60,728 bases of DNA, filler included, from 7 parts of 7 records of this genome joined end to end with filler, not necessarily neighbours in it; one strand, 5' to 3'. Positions 1 through 10,729 are shown, counted from the whole stretch's first letter. Notes: a model not told the origin generated them from the sequence alone. Program-made: numbers and translations.

Positions 1-78
1 GATTTTGAACCAAAATCCGAATTATTCAAGTTCTCATAAGTATTGTAACTGTTTGGAAATTCAGTGGGGAATCAAACC

Positions 79-711
79 GTGAAACAGCTTCGATTTTTAC
101 TCATCCTGCTGATCGCCGGGCTGCTCGTTATCGCGTGCAGCAGTGGCAGCAGCGATGACAGCGGCACGACGGGCGGATCCGGTGATACCGATACGGCGGA
201 TACGGACACTCCTGCGGATTCTGATGACGATAGCGACAGCAGCAGCGATGACTCGTCGGACTCAGATGACGAGGTCACCTCATCGGGTGATGTCTGGCTA
301 GATGCGTATTCTTTCAACTGCAGCAGCAACTGGACGAATCGCGACGGCCCCCTCGGGCTGGCGGCATATTCAGGAAGCGGCAGCTGCAGCAAATCATTTT
401 CGGGAACATCCGGCACCTATCAGCTGATCCTCTACGCGGTCACCGAGTTTGATGGAGAGTCCCCGTATCGGGTGTCAATAAATGGAACGACCATCAAGGA
501 GGGTACCTACCCGCTGTCGAGTTCGCTCTACTGTGATTGCCCGACCGATGACTGGCGCTCCGTCTGTCCGGATAAACAGTATAGTATCGATCTTGGTACG
601 CACACCCTCAGCAGCGGCGACACCATCGGCTTCTGGGGCGACGATGTCTACCCCTGCGGCGAGCACGGCGCATATACCAAATGGTACGGCATAAAGGCCG
701 TTAAGCAGTAA
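79..711 (+). CDS. Putative lipoprotein with Ser/Asp/Thr-rich linker and Cys-containing beta-rich C-terminal domain (possibly carbohydrate-binding)
   Basis: GTG at 79 after GGGGA; hydrophobic signal ending LLVIAC (lipobox-like); low-complexity SSDDS linker; six Cys in the globular part. Confidence 0.7.
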   Translation: MKQLRFLLILLIAGLLVIACSSGSSDDSGTTGGSGDTDTADTDTPADSDDDSDSSSDDSSDSDDEVTSSGDVWLDAYSFNCSSNWTNRDGPLGLAAYSGSGSCSKSFSGTSGTYQLILYAVTEFDGESPYRVSINGTTIKEGTYPLSSSLYCDCPTDDWRSVCPDKQYSIDLGTHTLSSGDTIGFWGDDVYPCGEHGAYTKWYGIKAVKQ

Positions 712-746
712 GCATGACAGTCTCCTGCGTTGACGCAGGATGGATA

Positions 747-791
747 AAAATGCTTTCCCATGTTAAGTCATGGGAAAGCATTTTCTTTTTT
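747..791 (+). terminator. Intrinsic terminator-like hairpin after the lipoprotein gene
   Basis: AAAATGCTTTCCCATG-ttaagt-CATGGGAAAGCATTTT followed by CTTTTTT; a second small hairpin TCCTGCGT-tg-ACGCAGGA lies at 723-740. Confidence 0.7.
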
Positions 792-861
792 GGGGTATCG
801 CCGGGTGGAAGTAATGACAGACGGCGATGCATGAATTACTGAACACAGATGCAGTACGAGT

Positions 862-2538
862 ATGAAACGGGATATACAGCAGTTCAAGGAACACGAATTT
901 GACATAGTGGTTATCGGTGGCGGTATTACCGGCGCCTGTCTCGCCCACGACGGCGCGTTGCGGGGGCTCAAGGTGGCCCTCGTCGAGAAAAACGATTTTG
1001 GTATGAGTACCTCGGCGGCATCGTCAAAGCTGCTGCATGGGGGTATTCGATACCTGCAGAAACTGCAGTTCGGAAAGGTCAGGGAATCGGCGCGGGAGCG
1101 CACCTGTTTCCAGGTCATCGCTCCGCACATCACCACGAATGTTCCGTTCCTGGTCCCGACGATCAGGAACAGCCTTATGAAGGGCAGAGCAGCGCTTCTG
1201 GCAGGGATGAATCTGTATCGGCTGATCTGTTCCGGCCACAACTCCCTGATCGCGGATCCGTCCAAGAAGGTACCGTTCGGCAGGTTGTTTGCAAGAAAGC
1301 GGGTACTGGAAATGGTGCCAATGCTCAGGAGCATCGACGGCCTCAACGGCGCGCATACCCTGTTCGAGTCCCACATGAACAACTCCGAGCGCATGACGCT
1401 GGCATTTATCAAGACGGCGGTGCTCAATGGTGCGGTAGTTGCCAATCACGCTGAAGTGACCAGACTGCTGACGGAAGGGGAACGCGTCGTCGGCGTCAGC
1501 TGTGTCGACCGGTTGAGTGGAGACGTCTTTGATATTTCCGCGGACCTTGTCGTGAACGCGGCGGGGCCCTTTTTGCCGGGCATCAACGCGCAGATCGAAA
1601 GCTTGAAGCTGTTCAGGGAGACAACCGGATTTTCCAAGGGCGTGCACATCGTCGTCCGACAGCTCGAAAACAACCATGCGCTCGCACTGAGCAGCGGCAA
1701 GAAGACTGAAGGTCTGGTGACCCGGGGTGGCCGGCATATCTTCATGATCCCGTGGCGCAAGCGAACGCTGATCGGGACAACCAACGTACCGCTGGATGAC
1801 GAACTGGACAAACTCAGGGTGACCGGCAAAGATATCGCCGATTTCCTGCAGGACATCAACGCGATCGTACCTGGGGTCGACCTGACGAAGGACGATGTCC
1901 ACTACGCATTCACCGGTCTGTACCCGCTGATAAGCGACGAGATCAAGACCGATACCTACCAGGGAACCGGGGAGTACCAGGTGGTCGACCACGCCACGCA
2001 GAACGGGCCGGAGGGCATCGTATCGGTGATGGGGGCGAAGTACACGACGGCGCGGGAGATTGCCGAGCAGGGGATCGACCTGGTGATGAAGAAAATGGGG
2101 CGCGAGCAACCCTGTTCCACTGCGGAAAAACCGCTGATGGAAGGCAGGATTGATAACCTGGCGCGGTTCATCGTGACAAAACAGGGCCAGTACCGTGACC
2201 TGCTGCCGCCGCAGACCGTGCATGATCTTGTCGTTTCACACGGCAGCGAGATTGATACCGTCGTTGAATACTGCAGACTGCGTGATGGGTTCCTGGACAA
2301 GGTCTGTGATGACCGGGAGACGCTGGTCGGCGAAGTTGCTTACGCGGTGGATTGTGAGATGGCCGGGTCGCTCGACGATGTGGTGTTTGCTCGCACGGGC
2401 CTGGGAACCATCGGCTTTCCGGGGACTGATGCGATCGAACGGGTCTGCGACGTGATCGGGCCGATGCTCGGCTGGGATGAAGAGCAGAAGAAGATTGAAA
2501 TCGAGTCTGTCGAGCGCAGGTATCGCTACGATGACTGA
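862..2538 (+). CDS. glpD: FAD-dependent glycerol-3-phosphate dehydrogenase/oxidase
   Basis: DIVVIGGGITG FAD motif; TSAASSKLLHGGIRYL; NAAGP; GAKYTTAR; C-terminal RTGLG. Confidence 0.85.
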   Translation: MKRDIQQFKEHEFDIVVIGGGITGACLAHDGALRGLKVALVEKNDFGMSTSAASSKLLHGGIRYLQKLQFGKVRESARERTCFQVIAPHITTNVPFLVPTIRNSLMKGRAALLAGMNLYRLICSGHNSLIADPSKKVPFGRLFARKRVLEMVPMLRSIDGLNGAHTLFESHMNNSERMTLAFIKTAVLNGAVVANHAEVTRLLTEGERVVGVSCVDRLSGDVFDISADLVVNAAGPFLPGINAQIESLKLFRETTGFSKGVHIVVRQLENNHALALSSGKKTEGLVTRGGRHIFMIPWRKRTLIGTTNVPLDDELDKLRVTGKDIADFLQDINAIVPGVDLTKDDVHYAFTGLYPLISDEIKTDTYQGTGEYQVVDHATQNGPEGIVSVMGAKYTTAREIAEQGIDLVMKKMGREQPCSTAEKPLMEGRIDNLARFIVTKQGQYRDLLPPQTVHDLVVSHGSEIDTVVEYCRLRDGFLDKVCDDRETLVGEVAYAVDCEMAGSLDDVVFARTGLGTIGFPGTDAIERVCDVIGPMLGWDEEQKKIEIESVERRYRYDD

Positions 2539-2555
2539 GGAGGCATTATAATGGG

Positions 2556-3745
2556 GTGAGCATGCCGCCACCGATCCTCCATATCGGGCCAACCCCGTTT
2601 TTCTCCAACAGGGGATGTCATATCCGGATCCTGAACGAGATCCGGGGCATTTCTGCGTCCGGGCGGCGCGTCATCCTCTGCACGTATGGTCTCGGGACCG
2701 ATGTGGACGGGGTCGATGTTCGCAGGATAGGTAACATCCCCGGCTATACGAAGACCGGGGCTGGTTTTTCGCCGTTCAAGCCGCTGGCGGACCTGCTGCT
2801 TCTCTTTCTCGTTCTGAAAGTCGCGTGGCAGGAGCGGGTTGGGATTATCCACGGTCACCTGCACGAGGGTGGCCTGATCGGCTGGTGTGTGAAAATAATC
2901 CTGTTCTGGCAGCGGATCACGCTTGTCACCGACATCCAGGGGAGCCTGTCCGGAGAACTGCGGACCTATGGAACGTTCCGGAAATTGCCGTTCATGCTCT
3001 CCATCTTTTACTTTCTTGAGCGGCTCATCTGTATGATGCCGGATCGGATCGTCTGTTCCTCAGAAGCGAGCCGCGAGTTCCTGGTTTCGAGTTGCCGTGT
3101 CAATCCTGATCGAATAGAGCTGGTCGGCGACGTGGTTCCCGACGTGTTTTTTGAACCGTCGGGTGATGCGGGGCAGACTGCAAAACGCCGACGTCTCGGA
3201 ATCCCAACTGATGTACCTGTCGTCATGTACACCGGGTCGCTGCTTGCCGGGAAAGGAGTTGATGTGCTGGTAGATGCTCTGGGGGATGTGTTCGCAGCAT
3301 TTTCCGATTGTCATTTCGTGTTGATCGGCTACCCCAAAGAGTGGGTCGAAAGTAAAACCCGTGCGGCGGGGATCGGAGACCGGGTGACGCTGCCCGGAGA
3401 AGTTTCTTATACGGACCTTGCCGACTGGCTGGGCTGCGCTGATCTGGCCGTGGACCCGAAGCCGGAGGGCTCGGGGAGGCGAGCGGGAAGATCCTGCACT
3501 ACATGGCTGCCGGGCTCGGCGTCGTCTGTTTCGATACCGAGAACAACCGGAGATTCCTCGATGATGATGCCTTTTACGCGAAATCGGCGACCTGTTCCGG
3601 GCTCGCTGATGCCATCAGTTTGGCATTGACAGATACGGGTACTCGGCGTAAGTATGGGACGTCCTGTCGAAACAGGGCCCGGGAACACTTTTCCAGCAGT
3701 TCTGCCGGAGCCCGGTTGCACGCCATGTACGAACAGTTTGAATGA
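2556..3745 (+). CDS. Glycosyltransferase family 4 (one frameshift at G4 run 3473-3476)
   Basis: PFFSNRGCHIRI and YTGSL..GKGVD motifs; adding one G gives EGSGEASGKILHYMAAGL and joins ORFs 2556 and 3503. Confidence 0.8.
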
Positions 3746-3831
3746 TTACCCGTAAACCGCTCTGGTGACGGACGAGATCTGAGAAAATACTAATGTTCTG
3801 CCCCGAGCGGCAGTTGAAAAAGGAGTACACA

Positions 3832-4815
3832 ATGAAAGTTTTAGTTACCGGGGGAACCGGTTTCACCGGTAAGGCGCTTGTTCGCCGCCTTCTGGATGAC
3901 GGCCATCAGGTTGTCGCACTCGATTTTCAGGAAGGGCTGAAGACCCAGGAGTTGAAAGACTGGGGAGCCGAAGTGGTTATCGGTACCGTTACCGATAAAG
4001 ATGTCGTCGACCGCTGCATGCAAGGCGTGGAAGTCGTCCAGCATCTGGCTGCGGCATTCAGGCAGCTCAACGAGCCGGAGAGCTACTATTGGGACGTCAA
4101 TGTCCAGGGTACCCGGAACGTGCTCGAGGCTGCGTTGCGGGAGAAGGTGACGAAGTTCGTTTACTGCTCCACCTGCGGCGTTCACGGCAACGTGGAGAAC
4201 CCTCCGGGCGATGAGGAGAGTCCGATCAATGCGGCCGACTACTACCAGCAGACGAAATATGAAGCGGAGCCGATCGTCAAGGAGTATCAGCAGAAGGGGA
4301 TGCCGACGACGATCCTGCGGCCGGCCGCGATATATGGGCCCGGCGACCCGGAACGGTTCTTCATGATCTTCAAACGCGTACAAAAGGGGACGTTCCCGAT
4401 GTTCGGCAATGGGAAAACCCTCTACCACCCGCTCTATATCGATCATCTCGTCGACGCGCACGTGCTGGCAATGGAGCCGGGTCGCGGCGACGGCGAAGCG
4501 TACCTGATCGCGGATGAGGAATACGTGGAGATCGAGACGCTGGTCAAGAAGACGGCGGCAGCCCTCGGTGTCGATGTGAAGATTCCCCACTTCCCGGTCA
4601 TGCCGGTGGTGATGATCGGCCACATCTGCGAGAAGGTCTGCAAGCCGTTCAAGGTCACCCCGCCGATCTTTCCGCGCAGGGTTGACTGGTACCGGCAGAA
4701 CCGGGCATTTTCGGTGGAGAAGGCGAAACGCGATCTCGGCTACAACCCCACCGTCAGTATCGACGAGGGATTGCGCAGGACCGCCGCGTGGTACAAACAG
4801 GAAGGGTATCTGTAG
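3832..4815 (+). CDS. NAD-dependent epimerase/dehydratase (extended SDR)
   Basis: VLVTGGTGFTG; YQQTK (YxxxK); AGGAG RBS before ATG 3832. Confidence 0.9.
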   Translation: MKVLVTGGTGFTGKALVRRLLDDGHQVVALDFQEGLKTQELKDWGAEVVIGTVTDKDVVDRCMQGVEVVQHLAAAFRQLNEPESYYWDVNVQGTRNVLEAALREKVTKFVYCSTCGVHGNVENPPGDEESPINAADYYQQTKYEAEPIVKEYQQKGMPTTILRPAAIYGPGDPERFFMIFKRVQKGTFPMFGNGKTLYHPLYIDHLVDAHVLAMEPGRGDGEAYLIADEEYVEIETLVKKTAAALGVDVKIPHFPVMPVVMIGHICEKVCKPFKVTPPIFPRRVDWYRQNRAFSVEKAKRDLGYNPTVSIDEGLRRTAAWYKQEGYL

Positions 4816-4828
4816 GCGGCAGGACTGA

Positions 4829-5776
4829 CTACGATTCCACCTGCGCGTCGGTTGTTGAGCGCTCGATGACAGGCGAGAATTTCAGGGTAACGAGAAAGAA
4901 CAGGATATCCCCGAATATGGTGGATAACCTGAACAGCAGCGCAACAATGATGCTCTGTGATTCTCCGATAATCGGGGTCAGGGAGAGAACGAGAATGGCT
5001 TCCCGGACCCCTATGCCGCCCGGTGCGCCGGGGGTTATGTAGCCGCCGATCCAGGAGTAGGCGTAGATGACGATGAGGTGGCTGATCAGGTGAGTGGAGG
5101 GCGTTGACGGCTCGATCACCACTACGAGCCCTGTCAGAACGGCGCCTGCGGCAAGGAAAAAGACGAGATGCAGCCCGAAGGACGGTCCCAGCGCTTTCAC
5201 GATCGTGCCGGGCCTGGTGAGTGGAAATTCCAGCTGCCTCCACCGGACAATCCATGGTATCGCGACGAGTAGTACAAGGAAAACACAAACGATAGCTGCC
5301 GCAGCAGCGCAGATGACGGGGACCGGTATCGTCGGGGAGTTGATCCCCATCAGGATGAGCCCGGTGAAGGTCAGTATGGACGACGCGGCAACCAGCAGAA
5401 TAATCTCGAACAGGGTGGCTGCCAGCAGCGTGAGCTGCGACAATTCCTTCGTTCTCCCCACCACCTGCCGGCCGGCAAACTGAAAAATATTCCCCGGGAT
5501 GTATTTCCCGATCTGCGTCCTGCCATACACCCCGTGGCACCATCCCCCCGGTATCCGCTTCCCGCTGATGCGTCTGAGCAGCAGGCACCAGGCCTGCGAC
5601 AGAAGAAAGCCCGCGAGGCCATAGACAACAACGGAGAAGAGAAATGCGGCGATGAGAAGCGCCGTGATCTCCAGCTGTGCGATTTCCTGCCTTTTATTCC
5701 AGAATATCAGACCGATAAACAGCAAAGAGACGATGGCGAGAAGACTGCCAAGTCGATTGAGGAGAGGTTTTACCAT
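4829..5776 (-). CDS. Lysylphosphatidylglycerol-synthase-TM/UPF0104 (flippase-like) membrane protein
   Basis: Many TM segments; GKYIPGN and PGAPGGIGVRE motifs. Confidence 0.75.
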   Translation of the reverse strand: MVKPLLNRLGSLLAIVSLLFIGLIFWNKRQEIAQLEITALLIAAFLFSVVVYGLAGFLLSQAWCLLLRRISGKRIPGGWCHGVYGRTQIGKYIPGNIFQFAGRQVVGRTKELSQLTLLAATLFEIILLVAASSILTFTGLILMGINSPTIPVPVICAAAAAIVCVFLVLLVAIPWIVRWRQLEFPLTRPGTIVKALGPSFGLHLVFFLAAGAVLTGLVVVIEPSTPSTHLISHLIVIYAYSWIGGYITPGAPGGIGVREAILVLSLTPIIGESQSIIVALLFRLSTIFGDILFFLVTLKFSPVIERSTTDAQVES

Positions 5777-5861
5777 GGTGGCTGCACGTGTTTGTTCGGT
5801 TTGCTGCTGAAATCACGCAGGATCAGAGACAATCTGCCGCAAAGCCCGGACCTTCTCTGTG

Positions 5862-6497
5862 TCAATCGTTTTTCCTGCAGAGCAGGATCGTCCAGGGCAA
5901 CGGGGTTCTGATCTCGCTGATGGTGAAATAGTTCTGCACGAGCCTGATAAATCCGTTTCTGCTCCAATGATTGATATGGCCTGGTGTATTTCCAAGAGCA
6001 GTAATGTATTTCGCCCGCATCAGGTTGAGCATTCTCCACAGTGGTTCCCTCGGCACGCTCAGCAGGCAGTAGGGGGTGGACAGATCGGAGAGGATGCGCA
6101 GGGCCTTTTCCGGATCCGGCAGGTGTTCCAGAACCTCGCAGCAGACGATGAGATGTGCGCTGTCTGCAGGAGTGAGTTCATAGATGCTCGCCACGCGCCA
6201 GTCTATCGCGACATCGCTGTCTGTCGGATGCGATTTCGCGATATCGATTATCTGGGTCGAGAAATCGCTTGCCGTGATGGGGATGTTGTGTTGGGTCAGC
6301 AATCTGGTCAGGTGCCCTTCGCCACAGCCGACCTCGTGAATGGAGAGAGGGTTTACGGAACGGATCAGGTCGTTAACGCTTTCGAGGAAGCCATCCATGA
6401 GGTAGCGCGCCACGGGATTGGAGGACCCGTATTTGTCGTAGGTGTTTCCAGCAACAATACCCTGTTCGATGACCATATTATTCTTTTTCGCAGCCAT
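5862..6497 (-). CDS. Class I SAM-dependent methyltransferase
   Basis: HEVGCGEG SAM motif; CEVLEHL; SVPREP; start taken as ATG 6497 just after the upstream GT2 stop. Confidence 0.85.
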   Translation of the reverse strand: MAAKKNNMVIEQGIVAGNTYDKYGSSNPVARYLMDGFLESVNDLIRSVNPLSIHEVGCGEGHLTRLLTQHNIPITASDFSTQIIDIAKSHPTDSDVAIDWRVASIYELTPADSAHLIVCCEVLEHLPDPEKALRILSDLSTPYCLLSVPREPLWRMLNLMRAKYITALGNTPGHINHWSRNGFIRLVQNYFTISEIRTPLPWTILLCRKND

Positions 6498-6504
6498 AAG
6501 CGGT

Positions 6505-7470
6505 TTATAATCCGTCAGTGTTTTTACGTTTGATCTGCTCTTCGATGTTTTTGACCCGCCAGTCGATATTTTCCAGCAGTTTTCGGTTAACGGAAATGAG
6601 ATCGGCCACCAGTCCAATGATTGACATCAGGAACCCGATGGTGATCAGAATTCCTGACAGGATCACCGACTGCACGTGCCCCTCTCCTTCGCCGGTCAGG
6701 TAGTAATAGAGAAATCTGAGACCGAGAAGCAGGCCGACACTCAGAAAGGTCGCACCCGGGATCGCAAAGAAACGAAACGGCTTGTAGGTCATGAACACGC
6801 GGATAATCGTCGACATGGAGCGCCCGACATACGACCTGATGCTTTTGACCAGACGCGACTCCCTCAGGTCTTCATTGGTCCGTATCGGCACCGACGTAAC
6901 CGCAAACCCTTTCTGACCTGCCTGAATTATCGTTTCAAGCGTGTACGTGTAATCACTGAAGACGTTGAGCCTTTTCGCCGCCTCCCGACCTATCGCCCTG
7001 AAACCGCTCGGTGCATCGGGAATATCGGTGCTGCTGGCAACCCTGACCGCCCAGCTGCCCAGCTTCTGGAGAAACTTCTTAACCCTGCTGAAGTGTTCCG
7101 TTTCACTGATCGGTCGTTCCCCGATTACGAAGTCGGCGTTGCCTTCCAGGATCGGCTGGATAAGTAATGCAATGTCATCGGCACAATACTGGTTGTCCGC
7201 GTCGGTATTGACGATGATATCCGCCCCAACCGCCAGCGATTTTTCTATCCCCGCCATGAACGCCTTTGCAAGCCCCCTGTTCTGCGGAAAGCTGACGACA
7301 TGATCAACACCGCTCGATACTGCCACTTCAACGGTTCTGTCGGTACATCCGTCGTCAATGATGAGGGTCTCTATCGTGTCGATACCCGGAATCTGCCGGG
7401 GCAACGCCTGCAGGGCTACGGGCAGTGTGCTCTCTTCATTGAAGCATGGTATCTGAATAACGAGTTTCAT
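6505..7470 (-). CDS. Glycosyltransferase family 2 (DPM-synthase-like, two C-terminal TM helices)
   Basis: QIPCFNEE; IDDGCTD; NTDADNQY; DAPSGFRA. Confidence 0.9.
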   Translation of the reverse strand: MKLVIQIPCFNEESTLPVALQALPRQIPGIDTIETLIIDDGCTDRTVEVAVSSGVDHVVSFPQNRGLAKAFMAGIEKSLAVGADIIVNTDADNQYCADDIALLIQPILEGNADFVIGERPISETEHFSRVKKFLQKLGSWAVRVASSTDIPDAPSGFRAIGREAAKRLNVFSDYTYTLETIIQAGQKGFAVTSVPIRTNEDLRESRLVKSIRSYVGRSMSTIIRVFMTYKPFRFFAIPGATFLSVGLLLGLRFLYYYLTGEGEGHVQSVILSGILITIGFLMSIIGLVADLISVNRKLLENIDWRVKNIEEQIKRKNTDGL

Positions 7471-7517
7471 AGGTGGGTGTTTGTCTTGATGAGGAGTTGT
7501 CCTGCTGTACGGTTCAT

Positions 7518-8996
7518 CTAAAAATCTTTCTTGCTTTTGAATGAAAGATCACGAGTCAATTCGAGATACCCGACCGGCTCCAGGGTTCGGCCGATCATGA
7601 ATATATATGGGTTTTTGGTTGGGAAATCGAATCTTTTGGGGTTCACTTTGTAGATTTTCTGAACAGATCCATCATCCTTGAAAACGATCTCATCCTCGAG
7701 ATAGGCGGCACGGTACAGCCGCGCGTGCTTTTTATGTTTGAAGAAGAGGGCGTAGTTCTGTTTCCAGTGCTCTGAGATGGTGTCCTGGTGATCGTTGACT
7801 CTCAGCACTGCAGGAACCCAACCGTTTTGAAAATGCGGTCGATAATTCTCTGTATAATAGAAAATTGCCAGTGCCACGGTGATGATCGCCGTGAGCGCAC
7901 GGTGAAATGTGTAGGCGGTGCAGCACAGGAGCATGAGAGCGAGGGGGATCGTCACAGTCAGATACCGAACCCTGATCGGCTGCAGAAATCGGAGCGGGTC
8001 AAGGCTGCTGATTGCAAAGGTGGTCAACAGACTGAAGGAAAGCAGCATCAGCAGGAGCAGTAAGACGGTGCCGTTGTCCCTGTTTTTCCTGTTCAGGAAG
8101 AACAGGAGTGTGCTGCCGAGACTCCCCCAGAGTATGAACTTCCAGTAATCGGGAAGAATTGCCCAGCGACGCAGGATATCGGAGAATTCATAGGTCTGCC
8201 GTTCGGTCCCCATGACGCTCAGGTGGAAGCCGAGGTAATGGACTCTTCCGAGCAGGTGGAACTCTCCGAAATAGAGCGCAAAAACGATCGTCTCCAGCAC
8301 GAAGAGGCCCGCCAGAATGGCGCACATCAGCAGCGCCGGTCTGAGGGATTTCGTCGTGATATAGAGGCAGGCACAGATGCCCGGCAGGAAAAACAGATTC
8401 GGGACCTTGGTTCCGTACGCACAAAATAAAAAGAACGACGCGATAACCAGGTAGAGATTGTTTCCGGGGTAACTCCGTATATATCTGATCGTAAAATATG
8501 CGCTGCCAAGTATGTAGGCGCACGTGTAGGTCGCGGGCAGAAACTGCGATCCGAGCTTTGCGACAATAGGAGTCACCGAAAATAAGAATGTCGGCAGCAG
8601 CGCGACAAGCGAGTTTGAAACCGTCCTGGAGATCAGAAAAACGAATAATGACCCAAGTCCGCCGTATAAGGCGGGAGTGAGATAGTAGACAGAGGCTTTT
8701 GTGCCGAAGAGCCACTGAATTGCGAATGTCGGGATGTTGAGGGCCCAGCGGACGGTATGGTGGTCGAGGCGGTCCCATCCCAGGTCGTGCAGGACTCGTT
8801 TATTCTGGTACCACTTCACGAACTCATCCCCCGAGTCTGATATTGGGAAGGAGAGGTAGAGTCTGATGAAAACGGCCCCCGCAAAGACCAGCAGGCAGAC
8901 AACCATGTCGCCATAGCCACAGGTTTTTTTATCTGTCGGTAACGTCGGCGGGTTCATTGTTTTACATGAGTCATGTAGTATCTTTACAGAAACCAC
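7518..8996 (-). CDS. Polytopic membrane protein, probable GT-C fold glycosyltransferase (GT39/ArnT/PMT-like)
   Basis: About 11-12 TM segments; acidic DSGDE loop after TM1; TK and RY motifs; lies in a glycosylation operon; start uncertain. Confidence 0.55.
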   Translation of the reverse strand: MVSVKILHDSCKTMNPPTLPTDKKTCGYGDMVVCLLVFAGAVFIRLYLSFPISDSGDEFVKWYQNKRVLHDLGWDRLDHHTVRWALNIPTFAIQWLFGTKASVYYLTPALYGGLGSLFVFLISRTVSNSLVALLPTFLFSVTPIVAKLGSQFLPATYTCAYILGSAYFTIRYIRSYPGNNLYLVIASFFLFCAYGTKVPNLFFLPGICACLYITTKSLRPALLMCAILAGLFVLETIVFALYFGEFHLLGRVHYLGFHLSVMGTERQTYEFSDILRRWAILPDYWKFILWGSLGSTLLFFLNRKNRDNGTVLLLLLMLLSFSLLTTFAISSLDPLRFLQPIRVRYLTVTIPLALMLLCCTAYTFHRALTAIITVALAIFYYTENYRPHFQNGWVPAVLRVNDHQDTISEHWKQNYALFFKHKKHARLYRAAYLEDEIVFKDDGSVQKIYKVNPKRFDFPTKNPYIFMIGRTLEPVGYLELTRDLSFKSKKDF

Positions 8997-9420
8997 AAAA
9001 TATTCTATTTTTCCGGGGTGTTGTCCGTGCTTTCCCTGGAGTCCTCTGAGGGCGGGCGCACGTTATGCTGGAGCTGTGATTCTCTGTTATCAACGTATCG
9101 GGAATACCCACTCACGCTGTTTTTCAGTGAGTCTTTGAAACGAAAAATACTCTTAACACCACTGAAGAGCAAATACAAACAGTATCGGTACAGAGGGGAT
9201 TGGCGAGTATCGGCAAAGCGGATTGTCTGATCGATCCTGAAAGGCTCCTGTGCGGTACGGTTGATTCTCCGGTAATTGCAGGCGTGACAGTTTATTTTGT
9301 ATATGGTACTAATTTATAGTACTAATATGACAGTATAAAATACTGTCCGTGTTGCGTGATGCCCGGGCGAGCTCAGGCGTTGCCGCCTCATTGAGATTAT
9401 CTTCGCTTTTGTCTTTCGAT

Positions 9421-10319
9421 ATGTTTGAGACGAGATCATTGTCTTTTTCAGCTTGTGGAGCTGACTCCGATCACGAAGATTCTTTTCTCGTCCTGGTACG
9501 TGGTCTGAGGAACTTCTGGGTAGTGGCAGTCGCGTTGTGCGCAAGTTCGTTGCTGGTCTCATGTTCAGAATCCTACTATCCCGAGCCGGAAAGTGCGGGA
9601 GGATGGCGCAAAAATTTCGACCCCGCCTTTGTTGAGAGTCTGGGCCTCGATCCTCAGGGTGTTCGGGAATTCGGGGCCTACAACCAGAGGGTTGATGGCA
9701 CGACGAGCGCCCTGGTCATCAAAGACGGATGGCTCGTCGGTGAGTGGTATGCCCATACAGGTGAGGAGAACAAAAAGGTCTACATTGCGTCGGTTGGCAA
9801 ATCTTTTGCCCTTGCCTGTTTTGGTATAGCTGTCAAAGATTCAGCGGACGGCAGCCTGAAGACAAGTATCGACAGGTCTTCTCAGCTTTACGATGAGCGA
9901 TGGCTACGAGCTGGCTTTCCACTTTCCGATCCCCGAAAAAAAGAGATCACCTTTGAGCAGGTTTTCCGCCACACCGCAGGATTTGGCCCGGATGGCCTGG
10001 ATTGTGAAGGTGGCAGGGATCAGTGGAGCGATTATCGCAGATGGGTAGCTGGTCATGACCCGTTATGGCCGCAGACTCGAGAACTGATCTATCCTCCAGG
10101 CAGGCCAGACGAATACGAGAACTATGAAAAATGGGGCCAACACGCCGGGGTGTATTCCAGCATAGGATTTGCCCATATTGGACTGGTCCTTCAGCAATTA
10201 TACGAAAAACCGGCCCATGAATTGCTTTGGGACAGGGTGTTGAAACCAATTGGTTTTTCGGGGATAGACTATTATCACCCTCCCGCTCCGCCTGAAATCA
10301 AATGGTTTACCGGAGGGGG
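9421..10319 (+). CDS. Serine hydrolase, beta-lactamase class C-like, 3'-truncated by contig end
   Basis: ALVIKDG, SVGK (SxxK), RHTAG, YSS, VLKPIG; possible lipobox LLVSC; true start uncertain. Confidence 0.75.
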
Positions 10320-10419
10320 NNNNNNNNNNNNNNNNNNNNNNNNNNNNNNNNNNNNNNNNNNNNTTAATTAATTAANNNNNNNNNNNNNNNNNNNNNNNNN
10401 NNNNNNNNNNNNNNNNNNN
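10320..10419. other. Artificial contig linker
   Basis: N44-TTAATTAATTAA-N44; stop codons in all six frames. Confidence 0.98.
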
Positions 10420-10420
10420 C

Positions 10421-10729
10421 AACACCCTCATTCAAAAGGCGCTGGAACATTACTGCGAACAATCCGGCATGGGAAACGACACCAACGGGCAACAGGTTCG
10501 CGAGGTTGTGATCGGAGACGGCAATGTTTCCGAATGTATTCTCGAAAACGCCCAAACGCGAGGGTGCGACCTGGTCGTTTTAGGCGACCATGAAAGGCAT
10601 TTCCTGGCCAAATCCGCCCGCCGCACGACCAAATCGGTCCTGCGCCGGTCCGCCATCCCGATCATCGTCGTCCCGGTCGATCCAAAGGGAAAAGCCAACT
10701 TGCAGGATCTAACCGGTTGGAGCAATTAG
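10421..10729 (+). CDS. Universal stress protein, C-terminal fragment (5'-truncated)
   Basis: GNVSECIL..A..GCDLVVLG....SVLRRSAIPIIVVP USP signature; frame open to contig edge. Confidence 0.8.
   Translation, partial: NTLIQKALEHYCEQSGMGNDTNGQQVREVVIGDGNVSECILENAQTRGCDLVVLGDHERHFLAKSARRTTKSVLRRSAIPIIVVPVDPKGKANLQDLTGWSN

Noticed and set aside
1024..2223. Long antisense ORFs (also 34541-35890, 48240-49961, 49802-50779, 58329-59081 and others)
   Set aside because: Shadow frames opposite well-supported GC-rich genes; no recognisable motifs.
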